Part shown: in pieces, positions 1-14,651 of the stretch
Position numbering within the stretch: position 1 is the stretch's first letter
How the letters are laid out: every line of letters begins with the position of its first letter
The notes under the pieces: model-generated
Told to the model about the DNA's origin: nothing
Database searches by the model: none
Seen by the model: the letters and a program-made list of their open reading frames with translations, nothing else
Made by a program: the position numbers and the translations under genes
NCBI GenBank assembly: GCA_002633005.1
Contig: NMRA01000349.1
Span: 248,001 to 312,000 of the forward strand
DNA length: 64,000 nucleotides
Origin: Phoronis australis
Taxonomy: Eukaryota; Animalia; Phoronida
Direction: 5' to 3'

Positions 1-3000
1 CATTGAGTTAAATGCAGCTTTTAAGTTATGCAGAACGCTAGCAAAATGTTCAATTTTGGCCAAATTCGGAACATTGCATCTCAGATATGGCTGATTGGAT
101 TCACATGAAACTTTAAGACACTATGCTTTATGCAGTAATTCTACAAAACACTGTTGGGAATTGTTTGTAAAATGAATCATTTTTTACAAGGTGCTATCAT
201 AAATATGACTTTTACACACAAATTTTAAAGCTGTAACAGCATATTTGAGATTTTATCTTGAAACCCACATTGTATGAACTTGAGCCATTTTTTGCTATGA
301 ATGCACCTTTCTTTTTCACTAAATTTCACTAAAAAGCACACGACCAAATTAATGGCAAATGGAGTCAAAAATCCCAATTCTATGGAATTTCAACTCTCAT
401 AAAATATATACTTTGCAGAGTTCTATAGTTTTGCAGAAATGGCAAATACAGACTAGCCATTAAGGTCCTATATAACTTTAAACACGTACAAAGAACAACA
501 ATTATCTCCTGTCCTGTCAAGTGGTTCTTGAGAGAAAAAAATTCAGATAATGAACTAAACTAATCGTTTAGGACACACACAGGAGTACAGAAGTTGTGTA
601 TTTCTCAAGCTCTGTTAAAGTTTCAGCATGGAATTAGACATTGTATTTTTAATTCTAAGCTTGGGGTTACAGTAAAAATTGACACCACCAAGGACCTTAC
701 ACAGAACGAGAGCAAGACTATCAATGCAATGCACCATTTAGCATTAAATACGTCTTTGAACATTTTTTACCACAATACACAGGGGACATTAAGGTTGAAA
801 TGCTTCACCAAATATGACATTTATTACAAACAGTAACTACTTAACAGTAGCAGTAATACACCTCTGCAAAGAAAAGTAATTTTCCTTGGTAATTGTGAAA
901 GATTACTAGTCTAGCACTGTGGGCACTAATAACCCACTAGCCATTGAGTTCATATTCAACTAAACCAATCAGCTTACATAATGCAGGTCACTGTTATTGA
1001 CAGAAATAACAGCACAGTGAGCATAGCTTTGTTCAGTCTCTCTCTTAGTAAGAGTGTAAAAAGTTTAACTAGTGTTAACACTATTTTGAGAGGCACAACA
1101 GTTGCATTTGATGAAATCCCCCTAAAGGCAGATCATTTAAATTTGCGTTAACAGTATCAAATTCTCAATGATACTAGCACAAATCTGATGAAGCATTTAC
1201 AAAACATGTTTCATGCTGTCATTTGCACACCATCAATTTTAAATGAGGTATCATACCTGTATGCTTGCTGTGCCACGTATACCTTACTTTTATTTTTATA
1301 TCATTAAAATTTATCAGTGTTCGATGGAGTCTGCTTAAACCCAGAGGATCTGTAAAACTTGAGGGACATAGCTACACTTCTTGAAAATGTAGACAGACCT
1401 TTGAGAAAAAGAAAATTTTACTTTGAAAGCATTTTGGACCATACCAATTGAACAGGGGAAAAAATAAAACATGATGCGTTTAGTACTTTCATCATTTTTT
1501 TACCACCAGTACACACAGGAGTATGTATATTTGTCAATACGGTAGCTGCATCCTTGAAATTATAGACGGCCATGAGCATGCAACAGCTATACAGAGGCCG
1601 GTGTCCCAAGTGACAGTCAATCTTCATTTTGTCAGGATGTCTCTTGAGACTTACTCACACTGGTCAGGTGTAACAAATAGTTTTAAAAGATCGCATATAT
1701 TGCATTGTTGTCGTTGACATCTGGTGAAGGTGTGAATACTTGGTAAACAAAAAAGTTCCAGTTTTTTTGCGACACTAGAGGCACAGCCATTATTTTGTGT
1801 ATTAAATGCGAAAGTGAACTTAAAAACAGTCACAACGTTGGGAGGTGGCTTGAATCAACTGCGCTACTTTAAGTTTCCCTTTGACAGTTCGACGTCGCTG
1901 ATGGAATTCAGTTCCTACATTTGTATAACTATTCATTTGCCTAGAGTAAACTCTGTGACACAATAAAAAGTACTGGACTTTAGAAATAACCTCATTGAAA
2001 TTAAAGAATTGTGTAGAGAAACATGGTATTTAATATTATCCTAAATCATGCATTTTTTGTCGTAAAATATTATTTTGGGGCTTCATTTTAAAACTGAATT
2101 TGTCTCAATGATTGCAAACATCATTCTGTTATGCAACTTGGAGAGGGTGTGGTCGTCAGAAACAAAACTAAGTCAGTTAAGGCACCGTTAAAACAATTTG
2201 GCATTTCAAAAAAATCCCCATGTCCACATTTAATCGGAAATTTAAGGAATTCAGAAAGAAAACTTTGCAGTTGGAAAGCACGACAATTCTGGCGTGCGGA
2301 CAAAACTGCAGCAACTCTAGTAGGAGCCCTATATTCAGTGTTTGTTGTTCAAAAAGCTTCAAAGTAGGTTAAGCCCATCTCGAAAAATATCTTGAAGTTA
2401 AAAAATATAAAACTCAGCTAAAAATACAAATTTTCTGCTTGGGAAATACAGACAGGTCAATGTTTCTAGAGAACAGCCCCCTGTTCAGTAACACTAAGAC
2501 CTCTCTAGAAAGCAAGACTTCGCAAGATTATGTGAGACATAGCCGTGAGAACACACGACTTTGCCTAGCGTAGGTCCTACGATACTGAAGGCATGCCTGG
2601 GTTTCGACTCATGAAAGTGACTTACCCCGGTGAGACTTAAGACAGAAATTTGGTCTTACCCTCCCCCTTCACAAATGCTGAATATAGGATTAGCCAAGTA
2701 ATTACGAGCCCATCGCTGTCTAGAAATAATTTAAAGAAATTATCTCAGTAACTACTGAAAGCAGTTGTCCGTTTATTCTCAGACACTTTGTAGTTTTGCT
2801 CTTATGAATTTTAATATTATTTTTCAGTATTAGTTGCGTGAAGCATACAGTAAGACTTTAGTCATTCATAAGTCACTTTTCATGAAACAAGAGCCCAGGA
2901 TCATGATTTGACCTAGTGGGTTATTTTAAGGAAGAACAAACTGCCAAGTTGATCTCAATACCCAAAATACTTCCAACCGTGTAAGAAATAAAGAGACTAG

Positions 3001-3154
3001 AGAAAGAGAGTCTTAGTTTATGGCATGTGCTCTAAATCAAGTTACTTGTCAATGATCTTTCGGCTGAAAACAGATTCATAATAGCTTTCATTATCAATTC
3101 ATCATCAGCATGACTTCAGATAGGTACAATTTTACAGTAGTTATCGATACCAAC

Positions 3155-4432
3155 CAAGTTTTCTTGCTCAATAACCCTCTGTTGTCGTTGTCTGTTGATG
3201 GTAGCATTGGTAACCCTTTTCACCGGCGGTGGTTGAATGGATGGCTTCTTCTTCTTCTTCTGACCATCCTTCACTGAGGTTTCTGACAAGATCTTTTTCA
3301 ACAGTCTATCATTCTCTCGGTCAATTTCTTTCACCTTATCATTATTAAAAGAAAAGTTCTTTCTACCATGGGGTTGTGCACCCCTCGCCTGCTGATTAGG
3401 ACCCATGACCCTACGGCTTGCCTTTAGTCGCTCCTGTCTCTCCTTTAAATCTTTATCCATTTCCAGAACAGCTTGCATTAGTAACCTAAGATTCATTCTG
3501 TCCGTGTCAAAATCTGGGTCATCATATCCAGCATCGTTATCAATATCGCCCGTCTTTAAGTCATTGGCACCCTCTTGACCTCTGGGGAACCCCCGTGATG
3601 GAGGTGCATCACCACTTCCTTTGTGTAAATAACTAGAGTTCTCATTTTTTTGTGAACTTTTGGATTTCTTATCATAAGAACCACGACTTTTGTTGGAGCG
3701 CCTAGGACTCACTTTATCGTTAACTTTTCTCCGCGGTGACCCAGTCGGACTTAAGTCTGGTGACGCCAGAGGGGACACTTCAGTGACATCACTATCAGTC
3801 TCTGATCTACTATCAGTTACCGATGAATAAGTGCTTCTTGTCCGCGAACTAGACCTGCTAGAGTCTGAATAGGAACTACCACTATCATCACTATGTCTAC
3901 GACTTTTCGTGTTATTTTTCTTTCTCTCAGTGCCCCGTTTTCTGCTGTGACTTCCCTTGTCAGCTTCCCCTGTTTTCGTACCACCAGAAGAGGGACTTTC
4001 CTTACTCCAAGCATCTTTACTTTTTGAACCAGAGGAAGAATTCGTACGTGTGATTGACGGTTTGTCATTCATCTTCGTGTCAGTTTTCCTTGAGGAGTCT
4101 TTTCCTGTATCAGAATCCGTTTCTGACCCCGCTTCTAACGAAGCTCTCATTTCCACAACAGGAATTCTTGCTTCTATTGTCAAAATGCTGCTAGCGTCTG
4201 AGCGGTTACTTCTACCACTCTTCATTTCACGGTCTGACTCGCTCCTCGAATCTGTCGCCGAATCACTCTCTGAACTGTGCCGTCTGCCATTTTGTTTCAG
4301 TTTAGGAGACTGGTTGTCAGTGTTGTTCGTTTCTTTCCCTTTTTTCGGGGACATGTCATCTCTTGGAGTTTCAAAAAAGTCGAAATCAACATCGCCTTTG
4401 TAATCATCCATTAAATCGGATGTTGACGCCAT
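3155..4432 (-). CDS. CFAP97: CFAP97 (KIAA1430)-family protein, large first coding exon; later exons not identified
   Basis: ATG at 4432 (MASTSDLMDD..FDFF). Ser/Asp/Lys-rich region with SDVTEVSPLASP, then LLMQAVLEMD and RKNFSFNNDKVKEIDRENDRLLKKIL...ATINRQRQQRVIEQENL, the KIAA1430 domain. Phase-0 donor (TTG|GTTGGT) after EQENL. Confidence 0.85.
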
Positions 4433-4800
4433 TTTAGGCACTGAAAACCTTTTCACAGAAGACCCGCCGACGAATAAACACCATTGATGTTCGTAGCAAC
4501 TGTTGTCGCAAAACTATGCTCACGTTTAGTTAGCGAGTTAGCGAGAGCTTGTACTGCCAAGACGACCAAGATATGTTTTCAAATCTGGGGAACTATTTAG
4601 AAATTGTAAAATAATAAAGCAAATGCAATTTAAAAATTTACATCCATTCTTTTAAAAACTATATAAAACAAAATAATAAGAGTTATTAATAATTTATACT
4701 GAGGTGAATGATTTTTTAAAGAAAGTATGTAGCGGTCTATTGTTTCGTCTGCTTGTCGCACGACAGAAACCGCGAAGTTGAAAGTTGGATTTCAAGTAAA
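4433..4800. promoter_or_regulatory. Probable bidirectional promoter between CFAP97 (-) and the HMG-box-like gene (+)
   Basis: Head-to-head gene arrangement. CpG-containing patches flank an AT-rich core (4590-4720). Candidate + strand 5'UTR donors at ~4796 (CAA|GTAAAT) and ~6051 (CTG|GTGAGT). Confidence 0.45.
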
Positions 4801-6379
4801 TAAGTTTATTCAATGTACATGGCATAATTTTGAAGATCAGGAAAATTCGTGTATTGATAACAACTTGACCTTAGGCAAATAGATACCACGCATGGTGTTA
4901 CAGTGCACTGCTTCAACTCTTACGATGCAAGCCATGATTCCCTCGTTCGGCTCGGGCGCACGACCGGCCCCGACCCGAGTCACCGCCCGTGTGATCTTAT
5001 ATTTTATTTATTTACATGGCTTACATACTTATCACTGTTTTCTTTTCTAGGAACACCCTATATCACCATTTTTAGCAGTGTACAAAGCCAAAAACGTACA
5101 TCTGACTTAGACCGCTTAGAAAGGAATAGGCATATTGCCATTCAGTGGCATTGCCTGTGGCGTACGTGGCGTGTTGGGGGCTGTGGGTCATGCAGTGCCA
5201 GTGTGGGGAGTGTGGTTGCAGTGTTCAAACTTCAAAAGTGATAGCATAATAGACCCCATAGGCGTAATAAAGTTACTCATTTCAAATTACAGCGAATAAC
5301 ATCGATTAAAGCATGCATATACTGGGATATTCCTGGACGTCTGTCTTGTTGTGCCATATGACTGTGCATAAGAAAAAATTGCAGCAGTGCACCCGGCATC
5401 CCCCCAAGGCGCATCTTTTAAAACAAAAATTTTCCAAAAACGCAAGGCTCTAGTCAAATTACAGCCAGTTGGATAAAATATGAATCTTTTCTTATTTCGA
5501 TTGCCCTTGGGATTTCTGTTTCATGTGTTACAGCTTTTAATTTACACTACCGGTAAGTGTGCCGTTTTTTCAAAAAGTTAATTGTGCCCGGGGCACACTT
5601 TTCATTTGGTGTGCCCTAAGGGCACAAGTTCAAACCTGGTTAGGAATATCCATAAGAGTGTCTAAATCGTTTGGCCTAGATGCAATTGCTGCTTGGCAAT
5701 TAAAGCTATTTAAAACGCCTTATATACGACTATTATATGATATACCACTGAGAAACCAGAAATTCACAACACTGCTTCAGCCAGTAGCGTATATGCTTTT
5801 GACATATTTGACATCATAAAAATGGTTTTCCCAAAGACATTTCGTTGTTGCTTTACACATCCTCAAAACTTTAGCGAAACAGCCAACTGCTTTGATAGTA
5901 ATAATGAGAGTGAGATGCCAACACAGCTAACAGTCATGATGTACAAGAAGGTCCACCAACAGGCTAGTCATGATATTAAATTCTGGGTAGTAGAAAAAGT
6001 GCATTGTATGTACACACCTTGAAATGTTGACAGTTGTGAACCGCCTGCTGGTGAGTAGTAAGCACTCTAATACATGAGCAGCAATGTGCATATCTGCATA
6101 TGGATTATGTTGAAGAGGGGAATGATAAATTCAACATTTTGTTCAATACGTGGCAATGCATTACTTGGGCTTTCTTGTGAACCATTTGCCTTTGACCTGC
6201 ATTCACAAATTACCTGCACTAGCTGTATTTTTTCTCTTAACACTACAAAGATTGAGAAATTAAAGTGTCTTTAATAACAACCATGCAGTGATATAAATTT
6301 TTAGTAAAAGTATAGTAATTGTGTACCAATTAAAGCAATGCTTTGTTCTACATATCAACTCGACAGTCACATGCTAGAA

Positions 6380-6595
6380 GCGGATCTAGGATACCATAAG
6401 GGGGGGACCTAACATCTATTGCCTCAGGGAATTAGTCAAAGCACGATTGTATGTGAACAGGTGGGCCAAATGTTGCGGGGGCCTGGGATGTGGAACTTCT
6501 GTTTGGGAAATTGGTACTGACACTAAAAACAAAACAGGAACACGACAAATCCAGCGCCATATGGGGTCTGAGACCCCTCCCTTGATCCGCTACTG
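6380..6595. mobile_element. Short MITE-like element (GCGGATC...GATCCGC ends with G/C runs)
   Basis: Inverted ends GCGGATCTAGG / CCTTGATCCGC. Similar elements at 13330-13479 and 53464-53670. Confidence 0.45.
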
Positions 6596-6801
6596 GTCCT
6601 AGGCACTGAACTCAACATTTCCTCACGCTTCACGCTGTTGCTGTTTCAATTTGCTTGCGGCAGCCGTAGGGCGGGGTGGGCCAATAAATCTGCCTATGCA
6701 TGCATGTTTCAAACCCTCATCAACTATAGTCAGCTAATACATTTCCCAAAAATCACAGTAAACACTTCTAATTATGTGCCTTGTCCAACAGTGTCATTAC
6801 T

Positions 6802-9800
6802 ATGTCAAGACGCCGGAATCACACAAGTTTCTGTCTGGAGCAGACCAGTCTGTTGAAGACAAAATACCCGTTTCTGTCATCAGCTCAGATCAAGAAAAGG
6901 GTGGAAAAGATATGGGGCAACATGTCCAGTGACGAGAAGAAACGCTTCACCAGGTAAATGGACAAATACATTAACCTAGCTCTTATTTCAACTATAGATA
7001 ACATTGATTTTCAAATCCAATGTAGATGAAATCTAGTCCATTGTTAAATTTGAAGTCTTTTGTCAGTGTATCACTGAGGACGGTCTCCCACAAAAATTAC
7101 CTACCACGAAGAAATACTGGTCATCACACTGAATCGAATGATTTAATTGTGTCTTTTTCTTGTCAGTTTTCATTGTATTTTTTTGGGGAATATGTTCCAT
7201 CCCTAATAGTTCTCAAGGAATTACAAGTTTAGAAGCTAAACAATTAACAAGATTTGATATGTGCAGGTAATCATTCAGTGGAACTCACAAACTGATAGCA
7301 ATTAACTATAATAATATTCAATAGTCGCTTATACTTTGATCTTTTGTGTACCTTAGAGTCCCACTATGGAGCACTTTTCTGATGATCTTATTCCACACAA
7401 AGAACTCATGTGGTCATGAGTTTTTGCCATAGGAGACCATCTAACAAAGTAAAAAATGCATTTCAATTAAAGTGGAGCTATAACCCGGCCTTAATCTGTC
7501 ACAATTTTTTGATATTGATATGCATGTACCGTTATGACATAGTGTGATTTCTTCTGGCTTGGAAAGAACTGCACTGTTAAATTATTAGACTTGAGACCAA
7601 GCTCTTCAAGTTTACTTGTCACAATGTGTTTATTCCCCGAACATGGTCTCAAGAAGTGACTCGCGTGCTTCTTTGCAAGACAACAGTCACTTCACCTGAG
7701 TAATATACAAGCTGAGGCCATTTTTATATCTCGTTGAGTAGTTTAAATCGAGTTTCTTTGACAGAGCATGACTGTGTAAATTGCCACTTTGTTCTTGATG
7801 TTTCAACTGAATACTGGATGTCTGAAACAGCGGTCAGAAAAATAATCTTATATTACATATCAAAGTTACATGAAATTAATTGAAATGTGTTATTGAGATT
7901 AAATATTTTCAAAGCTTGTTGTTTAAACTAAGTTTCATTTTTCAGAATTCTGATATATTTTGAGCATATGTCAAAGGATTAGTTTACAATTTAATCGACA
8001 ATTCTCAACTTTTATTGATTGGCTTTCACAACAGTTGTACCTTATTGTAGACAGCCATTAACACCCGGCAGGAAGTCAGCTGGTAACAAGTTCTTCAGCT
8101 CTAGTCAGAACAGATTGTCCACAGACTTGTTTGACCAAGTGTTAAAGGTATAAGTGTTTGTTCTCACCTTCATTTTTTTAAATCTTACAATCTTTGATTC
8201 TTCAGTAAATTAACCTGCACAAAATAATTTCCATGTTTGCCAGTTTCCATTTTTTCATCAAAGGCCAACCATCTTGCAACAAATTAATGAAGATGTTGTC
8301 AAGGTGTTACTCAAGAATGATGTACGTTTTCTTAATTTTATTTTTGTTACTTATAAATGTGAATAAGACCGATTCCACCTTTCTGTCACCGGTGTTCTAT
8401 AGGAAAAGGAATTATTGTATACATCATCATAACTTACCCGTGTCAAGGCATTTTTCTTCTTGGAATTGGCCGTGGAACAAATTTAATTGAATTTAGTTGA
8501 TGCTCACTTAAAATGGGTCAAGCCTCTAATTACCCTAAGTTTTGGTGTGGTACACTTTTGTTGAACAGCAAAAATTAATATAATCCATTTCAATATCATC
8601 AAATATAAAATGAGCATTACCTTGACAAGATTGACACATGACATTACCTTTCAGCACCCAAGTAGAGCGTATGACTTCAATCTTGACAGTGAAGGCTTGA
8701 GTCAGTCTAGTGCCAGTAGCTCTCCCCTCACTTTTCAACCAGCTTCGGGCAAGAACTACACATCCTCAACAGACTACTTTGTGAAGAGAGAGCCACCTGT
8801 AGTCCTACACATGACATTTCCTCCTACATCGACTATTCTGAAGAAGTGAGTAGTTGACTAGCAGTGTTTAATTATTGTTTTCACTACTGACACTTCCTAA
8901 CTTTTTTGTTGCAGACATTCTTATAAGAATCGGTGCATTACTCCAGACCCCCAGGAAGGCTGTGCCATCACATCAAAAGCCTTCGACTACATCGTCCTTT
9001 GTGTGCCAAAGGCTGATCTGTTGTTAGAGTTGGCGAAGCTTGGTTAAGTGATCTTATCTGGTCATAAGCAGTGATAAACCGGCCTAATTTATAAAACGTT
9101 TAATATAAAATTCAAAAAATAACCTTCACAAAGAATCGGCTACAAAATTAACACAATTGGGTGTGAACTGATGACAATTTGAAATGGTGGTATTACTGGT
9201 AATTAATAGTCCGATGAACAAGAGTCATGCATTTCCACACTGCTTCAGGCCGTTCCCAACCCCTTTAGCTGACTATTGTTCATTTCCACTTCATTAGGTA
9301 AGGGATCTCCAGGTACAACAGACAGGTCAGGCAGTGCAATCATGTCCAAATTCGGAAAGCTCTGGGTTTCGGGCTCTGGAAAATCTTGTTGTGATAGTTT
9401 CTAACAATCCAAACAAAATTTTTTTGATTGTTTTGTTGTTGACCAAAACATAATTATAACTGGTGCTTTAAAACTTCCAATTTCATTATTACTGTGATTC
9501 AAATGATTTGAGCGACAATTAGACCAATGAAAGACATTTGACAGAAAATCATTTTGACTGTGCTCTGAGGCAACATGTTCTTTTATTCTTTTCACTGTTT
9601 TACTACAAACTGTAGCAACTCCATAAATTCACACAATCTTGCATCAGTTGAGCAGATCTGTGTAGCACCGACTCTCGTAACATTTGTACCTTCATTAAGT
9701 AAATGTACTGTTATAAAGAATGTTTATTAGTAATTTGGTGTGGCCGCATGAAATTTCAAAGCAGCATTTCACCTTGTGCTGGTGCGTAGTAGATATGTGT

Positions 9801-12800
9801 ATAGGAACACTGGTATTACCCTCAACGCAACCTCATATCTGGACTTGAAGTAACAAAAAGGTAATCCATTCGATAGTATACAATGTTATATCCAACTGAC
9901 CTTCTCTCCATTTATGTGAAAGGTTCATAGAAGCTTTATGTTACTGCATGTTTGGTTGCATGTTGGCATGATTCCTCTTCCACTATTCTTATTGGAAAAA
10001 CTGGAAGTCAAGGTCGATTCTGATACTTAATTATTTTTACAGAAGTAACGACAAGAGAAAGCGCTATCCATCCAAAGTCAGCTTCAGTGAGGATGTGTAC
10101 ACGAGTCCTTCTGACAAGAAGCAAGTCATCTATTCCTCTCCCTGTAACAAAGCATCAAAAATAATTCAGAAATCTGCAGTTTCTCGATCGCCGAAAACGA
10201 GAGCTCGAAAACAAATACTCAAAAAGCAACCAAAGGCATCCATTCCTTTCCGAAGTACAAACCATTCCCTCGAGTCATCCAAATCATGCGACTCCACTGT
10301 GTACGACTTCGATAATGATTCAGATGATGAGGCAGATGCGTGCTTGATGAGGTTCTCATCCAATTTCACAGACAATTCAGACAAAGACAATCAAAACGAT
10401 GTTTATACGGAAGACCAGACTATGACTAGGAAGTCAGACCCTGAGGACTCTGGTGATGAGGGCACAGCCATCATGACATACACTTCTACTTACCAACAGG
10501 AGCGAGATTCCATGGGCAGTATGTCACAAGTAGAGGCAGAGCCCCTCGCTTCAGATGCCGCTGATCCTGGTGAGGGAAATGATGGTGTGCAGGATGCCGT
10601 TGGAAGGCAACGCAAGAGACGGAAGGGGATTTGCAGTAGACCAAAGGAGAACACATCAGTCAAGATGGTGCCAAACACTGGAGGTACTGGTGAGGAGGCG
10701 GAGGATGTGAAACAGACAATTTGTCATCAAAGAAAAATGAGGAAAGGTAGGTCTGGAGGATCATGTAAGAATATGTCTGCAGATGCTGTCTCTTCCATGG
10801 TGGAAACCGCTATGTCCAGTGTTAATGAAGTGTTCAATAGCTATGTTGAATGTTCCGACCATCAGAAAGAACAACTGGTGCTGAGTGTAGGTGGTGAAGC
10901 ATATAGTGACAGCTTTGGCTTTAGTGAACTGAGTGAAATTCCCAACACTAGTGCTTGTAGCGGTCAGATGGCACGTAGTTTCCCCAGGCTTACCTCTACT
11001 CCTAAGACAGAGATGACTTCGGCAGGGGGAGAAGGCAGAGTGACGAGGAGTAAGGCGAAGTTGGCTGTGCAGTCGCCTATGAAGTGTGGCACTGAAGGGA
11101 AGAGAAAAATTTGGGTTGAAAGTCCAGGAGAAACGTTTTCAGAGTCATCGTTTGTTGAGAAAACGCCAAAGACACCAGGAATACAATCTGGCAGTGAAGC
11201 GTACAAGAAGAGTAGGTCTTCAAAAGGTAGTCAACCACTGGATCCTATTACACATACTCCATCTCGTCGTTTGACTAGATCATCCTTGAGAAGTCATTTG
11301 GACAGTTCTGTGTGCGAGTCCAACCAGAAGACAGAGTCTGGAGCACTCGGGTCTAAGAACATTTCACTGGACAATGCCAACTACCGTTCATTTAGTGAAA
11401 CTGCTGGAAGTTCTTTGGCCTCACCAGGATGCGACAACTCGGAGATGTGTAGCAGTGCAGCTAGTAACCGTGGTGATGTCGATGAATGCGCAGACTCCTT
11501 ATCGCCATGTCTGAGCAGTGCATCTCTGCCACCAACCAGCCCGCCACTGTCATTGGTGGGCCATGGGAACCAACAGACCGTTAACAGGTCCATTGCAGCT
11601 ATGAGACGTATTGTGTCCATTGAGCAGAATGAAGTTACCCTGGCAGAAGTAAGTAACACCAACGTCAGGAGCGGCAGTGTTTGAAAATTCATGCAGTTTA
11701 TGTCAGTGATAAACATCTTACTAGCATTTGAAAGATGATAGAAAAGTAGAAATCTTGGAGTATATGTTTTTTGATGCCAAATGGTTCTGTATTGCTGATC
11801 GACACCTTCTAGAAATGAGTGTTCCATTTTGGACTCGAGTCATAAACTGAATCGTATCAATTTGTAAACAGCTCCTCTGTTAAAGCGACACTGTGCGCGC
11901 TTTCTGAAAATTTGCATTTGAAACAAGTAACTTAAGGTAAAACAACTTTGAGGTGGCTTGACACACAAAAATACTGATCTCCACCCAAATACTAAAATCA
12001 AAGCACAATACTTCATCTGATATGCACAAATCAAAACGAAGTAAGACTCACCTGTCCATTGAAATGCATACCTGTCTCCGCATAATATTAACACTAGTTG
12101 GGAGTCTAGAATGCGCACGGACGGCCTCGCTTTAAACTTGCTGAATCCTTGTTTCTTGCCATTTTGATTGCATTTGAATTGCTTGGAATTGAAAATAGAC
12201 AAGGTGTTTTAAGTTTTCACCAAGTTTTTGAATTATTTCCGCAAATACATCGAGATCATTTGCATTTGATCGCCAATGTTCTGCCTTCACTGGGGACACG
12301 GATTACACATGGGGGGGGCGCAGCACTGAAAAAAGTGGGGTCTACAGCCCCCCCTGAGGTGTACCGCTTATAGACCATGGGCGCCGGAGCACTGAAAACT
12401 ACTTAAGTGGGGGCTATAGTCCCCTATGGTGCGTTACCCATGTTACATGTTTCCCGATCATAGTTTGATAATGCAACAGCACATCGCTTTGGAGATTTTT
12501 GTACCTAGAGGAAAGATCACGATTCCATTTCATGTTTTTGTATAACATTAAAAAATTGTTTAACTGGGATTTTATCCGTCGTATACCCCAAACTCTTATT
12601 CGCTGAACTCGAGTTTAACTTCAATTATATCCCAGCAGATAATGATCAGCCTTTTGTAGATCTCAGATTTGTCGGATGGTGAGATGTCAGAGCCTGCAGA
12701 GGACACATGCCTCGCGTTTACCGCACAAGTCTCAGCGATACCAATGGGAACATGTCAGTCAGCCACGAAAGACTCGCAGTACTGGGATGATGATGAACTG

Positions 12801-14104
12801 TTCATCGACAATTCAAAACATCAGGTGGTTATGTCCTTTGAAGTTGCTATCAACCTGCCTTCCAGCGCTATCAAATAATCTCATTAGACCATTCAATATA
12901 ATAAGTGGCCTTAACTCGTTAATAGCTCAGATTTCTGGGCATGCGAAAAACTGAACATAGTTCGTGCTTGAAATCATGCTTAGGTGCACAAAATGCAGCT
13001 TAGAAAGGACAGTTTCTCCTCGCAGAGAAAAATGTGAAGTCAAGTGACAAAAATGTTGAATATGAATCAAATATTGAAAATTACATTTGTAACTGCAGGG
13101 AGATCACTGCATACATAACATGAAGTTACCTGCAGTGTGACATGCTAACCAGGGCAAGTAGTTCTGGGGAATGTTTCTCATAGAGTCTATACTCAAAAAC
13201 TTGATTTTTCGTTTTTTGTGTTCGACTTTTAGCATGCACCAAGGAAGCTACGGATTTCTGTTTTTTTTTTGAGATATAGAAAAATTTTCTGATTTATGGT
13301 CTTAGACTGATCTCGTGAAACAGGGTAAGCAGGCGTGGATCCAGAATTTTGAGTTAGGGGGGGGGGGCCTGGCAGAGTATTAGCCAGGATTTTGCCCGTT
13401 AGACATTCGCACCCCCCATCTGACAAATGTAAACTGGGAGAATTTTAGGGGGCCATGGCCCCCCTCTAAATCCGCCACTGGTAAGTCATGCGTAAATGGA
13501 TTTTTAGTCAGAAGTCAAAGGACAGTAGACTCTTTAATAAACGTCCCCTTGAGTGTACATTCATCAACTGCCATGGCAGAATTTGTAGCGAGCTGGTCAT
13601 TTGTAATTCTTTTCCAGAGAGGTGAACAAGTTCAAAAACTGTTTGGAGACTCGTCAACCACTCCTGGAACCAAACGGTACGAATGGTTTGCTACGTACTC
13701 CACTAAACTTTGAGAAGCAAGCACATTGTACTCTTTCAGCATGCAACACTTATCATGACTTTAAAGACTGCATTTCAACCTGCTTATCTCTCACTTTAAA
13801 CTTATTTCCAGTTCTTAGCCGCAGTCTAAGCACTTGAGTTGGCAAGAAAAGTTCTAGCAATGGCAAAAAGCCAGGGCAACAAAGTATCTGTAAAGGGATT
13901 TTTCGTCGTTAACACACGTGCCATCTCATCGGCAGTCGTGCTGGAGAGACGCATCTCCATTAGCCCCTTCCTTGCATTGGATACCTAGTATGCCCCTGTA
14001 ACCACCCATGTTTTGAATGTTTCAGGTTTCTAGCTAGTGCCAAAAGAGGAGCACCTAATGCTGAATTTTCCAACTTGTTTGCCGACGGGGAAATCTTCAT
14101 GTGA
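6802..14104 (+). CDS. Unknown ~782-aa protein with N-terminal HMG-box-like domain and long low-complexity region; exons 6802-6953, 8051-8147, 8655-8845, 10043-11648, 12660-12824, 13618-13676, 14026-14104
   Basis: All six introns are GT-AG and splice phases chain into one open frame (2349 nt). Starts MSRRRNHTSFCLEQTSLLKTKYPFLSSAQIKKRVEKIWGNMSSDEKKRF and ends ...EFSNLFADGEIFM*. AATAAA at ~14334. Includes the 529-aa ORF in the track. Confidence 0.7.
13330..13479. mobile_element. MITE-like element with CAG...CTG termini
   Basis: CAGGCGTGGATCCAGAATTTTGAG-G-run ... CCCCTCTAAATCCGCCACTG. Its 5' end resembles 53464. Confidence 0.5.
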
Positions 14105-14651
14105 TTTCCAATGGATGAGCCAACAATGCTTGCCAGTTTTTAAGGTCATTATTATAGTCATGCCTTGTACTTTAAAAGATTAACAGTTGCCTTTGTATTC
14201 ACACTAAGGTTCGGTAGACATTGTTTCTGCATGCTTAAAGCAAGTTTTATAGTTTATCTAACTCCTGAAAAGTTTACCAGGAGTGATTTCATAGAGTATA
14301 GTATCTAAGGAGTTTATAAAGGTTTTGACTTTTAATAAAAATTTCACAAAAAGACCGCCTTTGACTTAATAATATTTTATTGTCTTTGTTAGGGTGTTTA
14401 AAACAACACCATCATTACTTCACATTGGTCATGTATTCACTCAGACAAAAATTATTGAAGTCACTAAAATTGTCCAGAGGCTGCATGCACTGACACATAC
14501 TATTCAGCAGTAATACTGAACACATTGCATTAAAATGCCAGAAAATACCCAGAAGTCCCTGGTCAGAAAAGATCCAGTTCATCAACTGCAGTCTGTGCTG
14601 GTGGCACCAGTGCAATGACACACCATCGCCACTCTAAACACGCACACACTG

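Noticed and set aside
1400-2700. Candidate downstream CFAP97 exons (donor-like sites near 1655, 2625, 2659)
   Set aside because: I could not obtain a translation resembling the CFAP97 C-terminus with matching phase.
3817-4403. Alternative-frame and antisense ORFs over CFAP97, and likewise at 10166-11827 and 23092-23835
   Set aside because: Shadows of low-complexity coding exons.
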